The notes under the pieces were generated by a model. It did not search any database. It was given only the letters and a program-made list of their open reading frames with translations, and was not told the DNA's origin. A DNA stretch of 64,000 bases. Source: Planctomycetota bacterium (GTDB lineage Bacteria; Planctomycetota; MHYJ01; JACPRB01). Positions 63,966 to 64,000 of the stretch are shown piece after piece. Position numbers and translations under genes: made by a program. Positions within the stretch are counted from its first letter, which is position 1, and each line of letters starts with the position of its first letter. Location: contig DATLZA010000078.1 in the NCBI GenBank assembly GCA_035574235.1, forward strand, positions 214 to 64,213. Direction: 5' to 3'.

Positions 63966-64000
63966 GACGGCGAGGATTATGGCGCGCCTTTCGCGGCGAT

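Noticed and set aside
1-64000. CRISPR arrays, rRNA genes, integrase or intact transposon
   Set aside because: No regularly spaced direct repeats, no rRNA-like conserved cores, and no integrase or full transposase ORF were seen. The only mobile signature is the 56-codon IS3 OrfA remnant.

Overview
High-GC (about 68-70%) chromosomal window from a diderm bacterium. The gene content resembles Planctomycetota or another PVC/Acidobacteria-like lineage: Bat/MoxR aerotolerance-type operon with an N-terminal double-TM BatA, futalosine (mqn) menaquinone genes, many ECF/TPR/PQQ proteins. This taxonomic guess is inference only. All calls come from reading the supplied six-frame ORFs and the raw sequence and recognising motifs from memory; no database search was run. 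Many very long ORFs in the track are antisense or frame-shadow artefacts of the high GC content and were discarded. Main content, left to right: ECF sigma/anti-sigma, SAM-MTase and LysR; a secreted clan GH-A glycosidase and a hybrid histidine kinase; tRNA-Cys(GCA); a lower-GC mosaic segment carrying a cusB/cusA-type RND metal efflux pair, a translationally coupled unknown ORF, a P2-type cation ATPase, an internally deleted IS3-family OrfA remnant, an OprO/P-type porin and two small membrane proteins; a double ABC (ATPase-permease x2) operon; a standalone classic AAA+ ATPase with a novel N-domain; a GT4 glycosyltransferase; mqnA plus mqnC/E with TPR and PtsN-EIIA/CBS genes; a 3-gene ABC operon; a secreted beta-propeller phytase-like protein; a long MoxR-DUF58-BatA-VWA operon extended by a 1393-aa two-propeller PQQ/TPR protein and a prenyltransferase/squalene-cyclase-repeat protein; BON protein, ribBA, kdsA; an orphan TraH-like/TraF-like periplasmic thioredoxin module; small ORFs ahead of a Ser/Thr kinase-FGE fusion; an acyP-lexA-hyp-MacB-type ABC operon; a NIL-domain protein, truB, rsmI, two small OMP barrels, bioD and topA. 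No CRISPR array, rRNA or intact transposon was seen.
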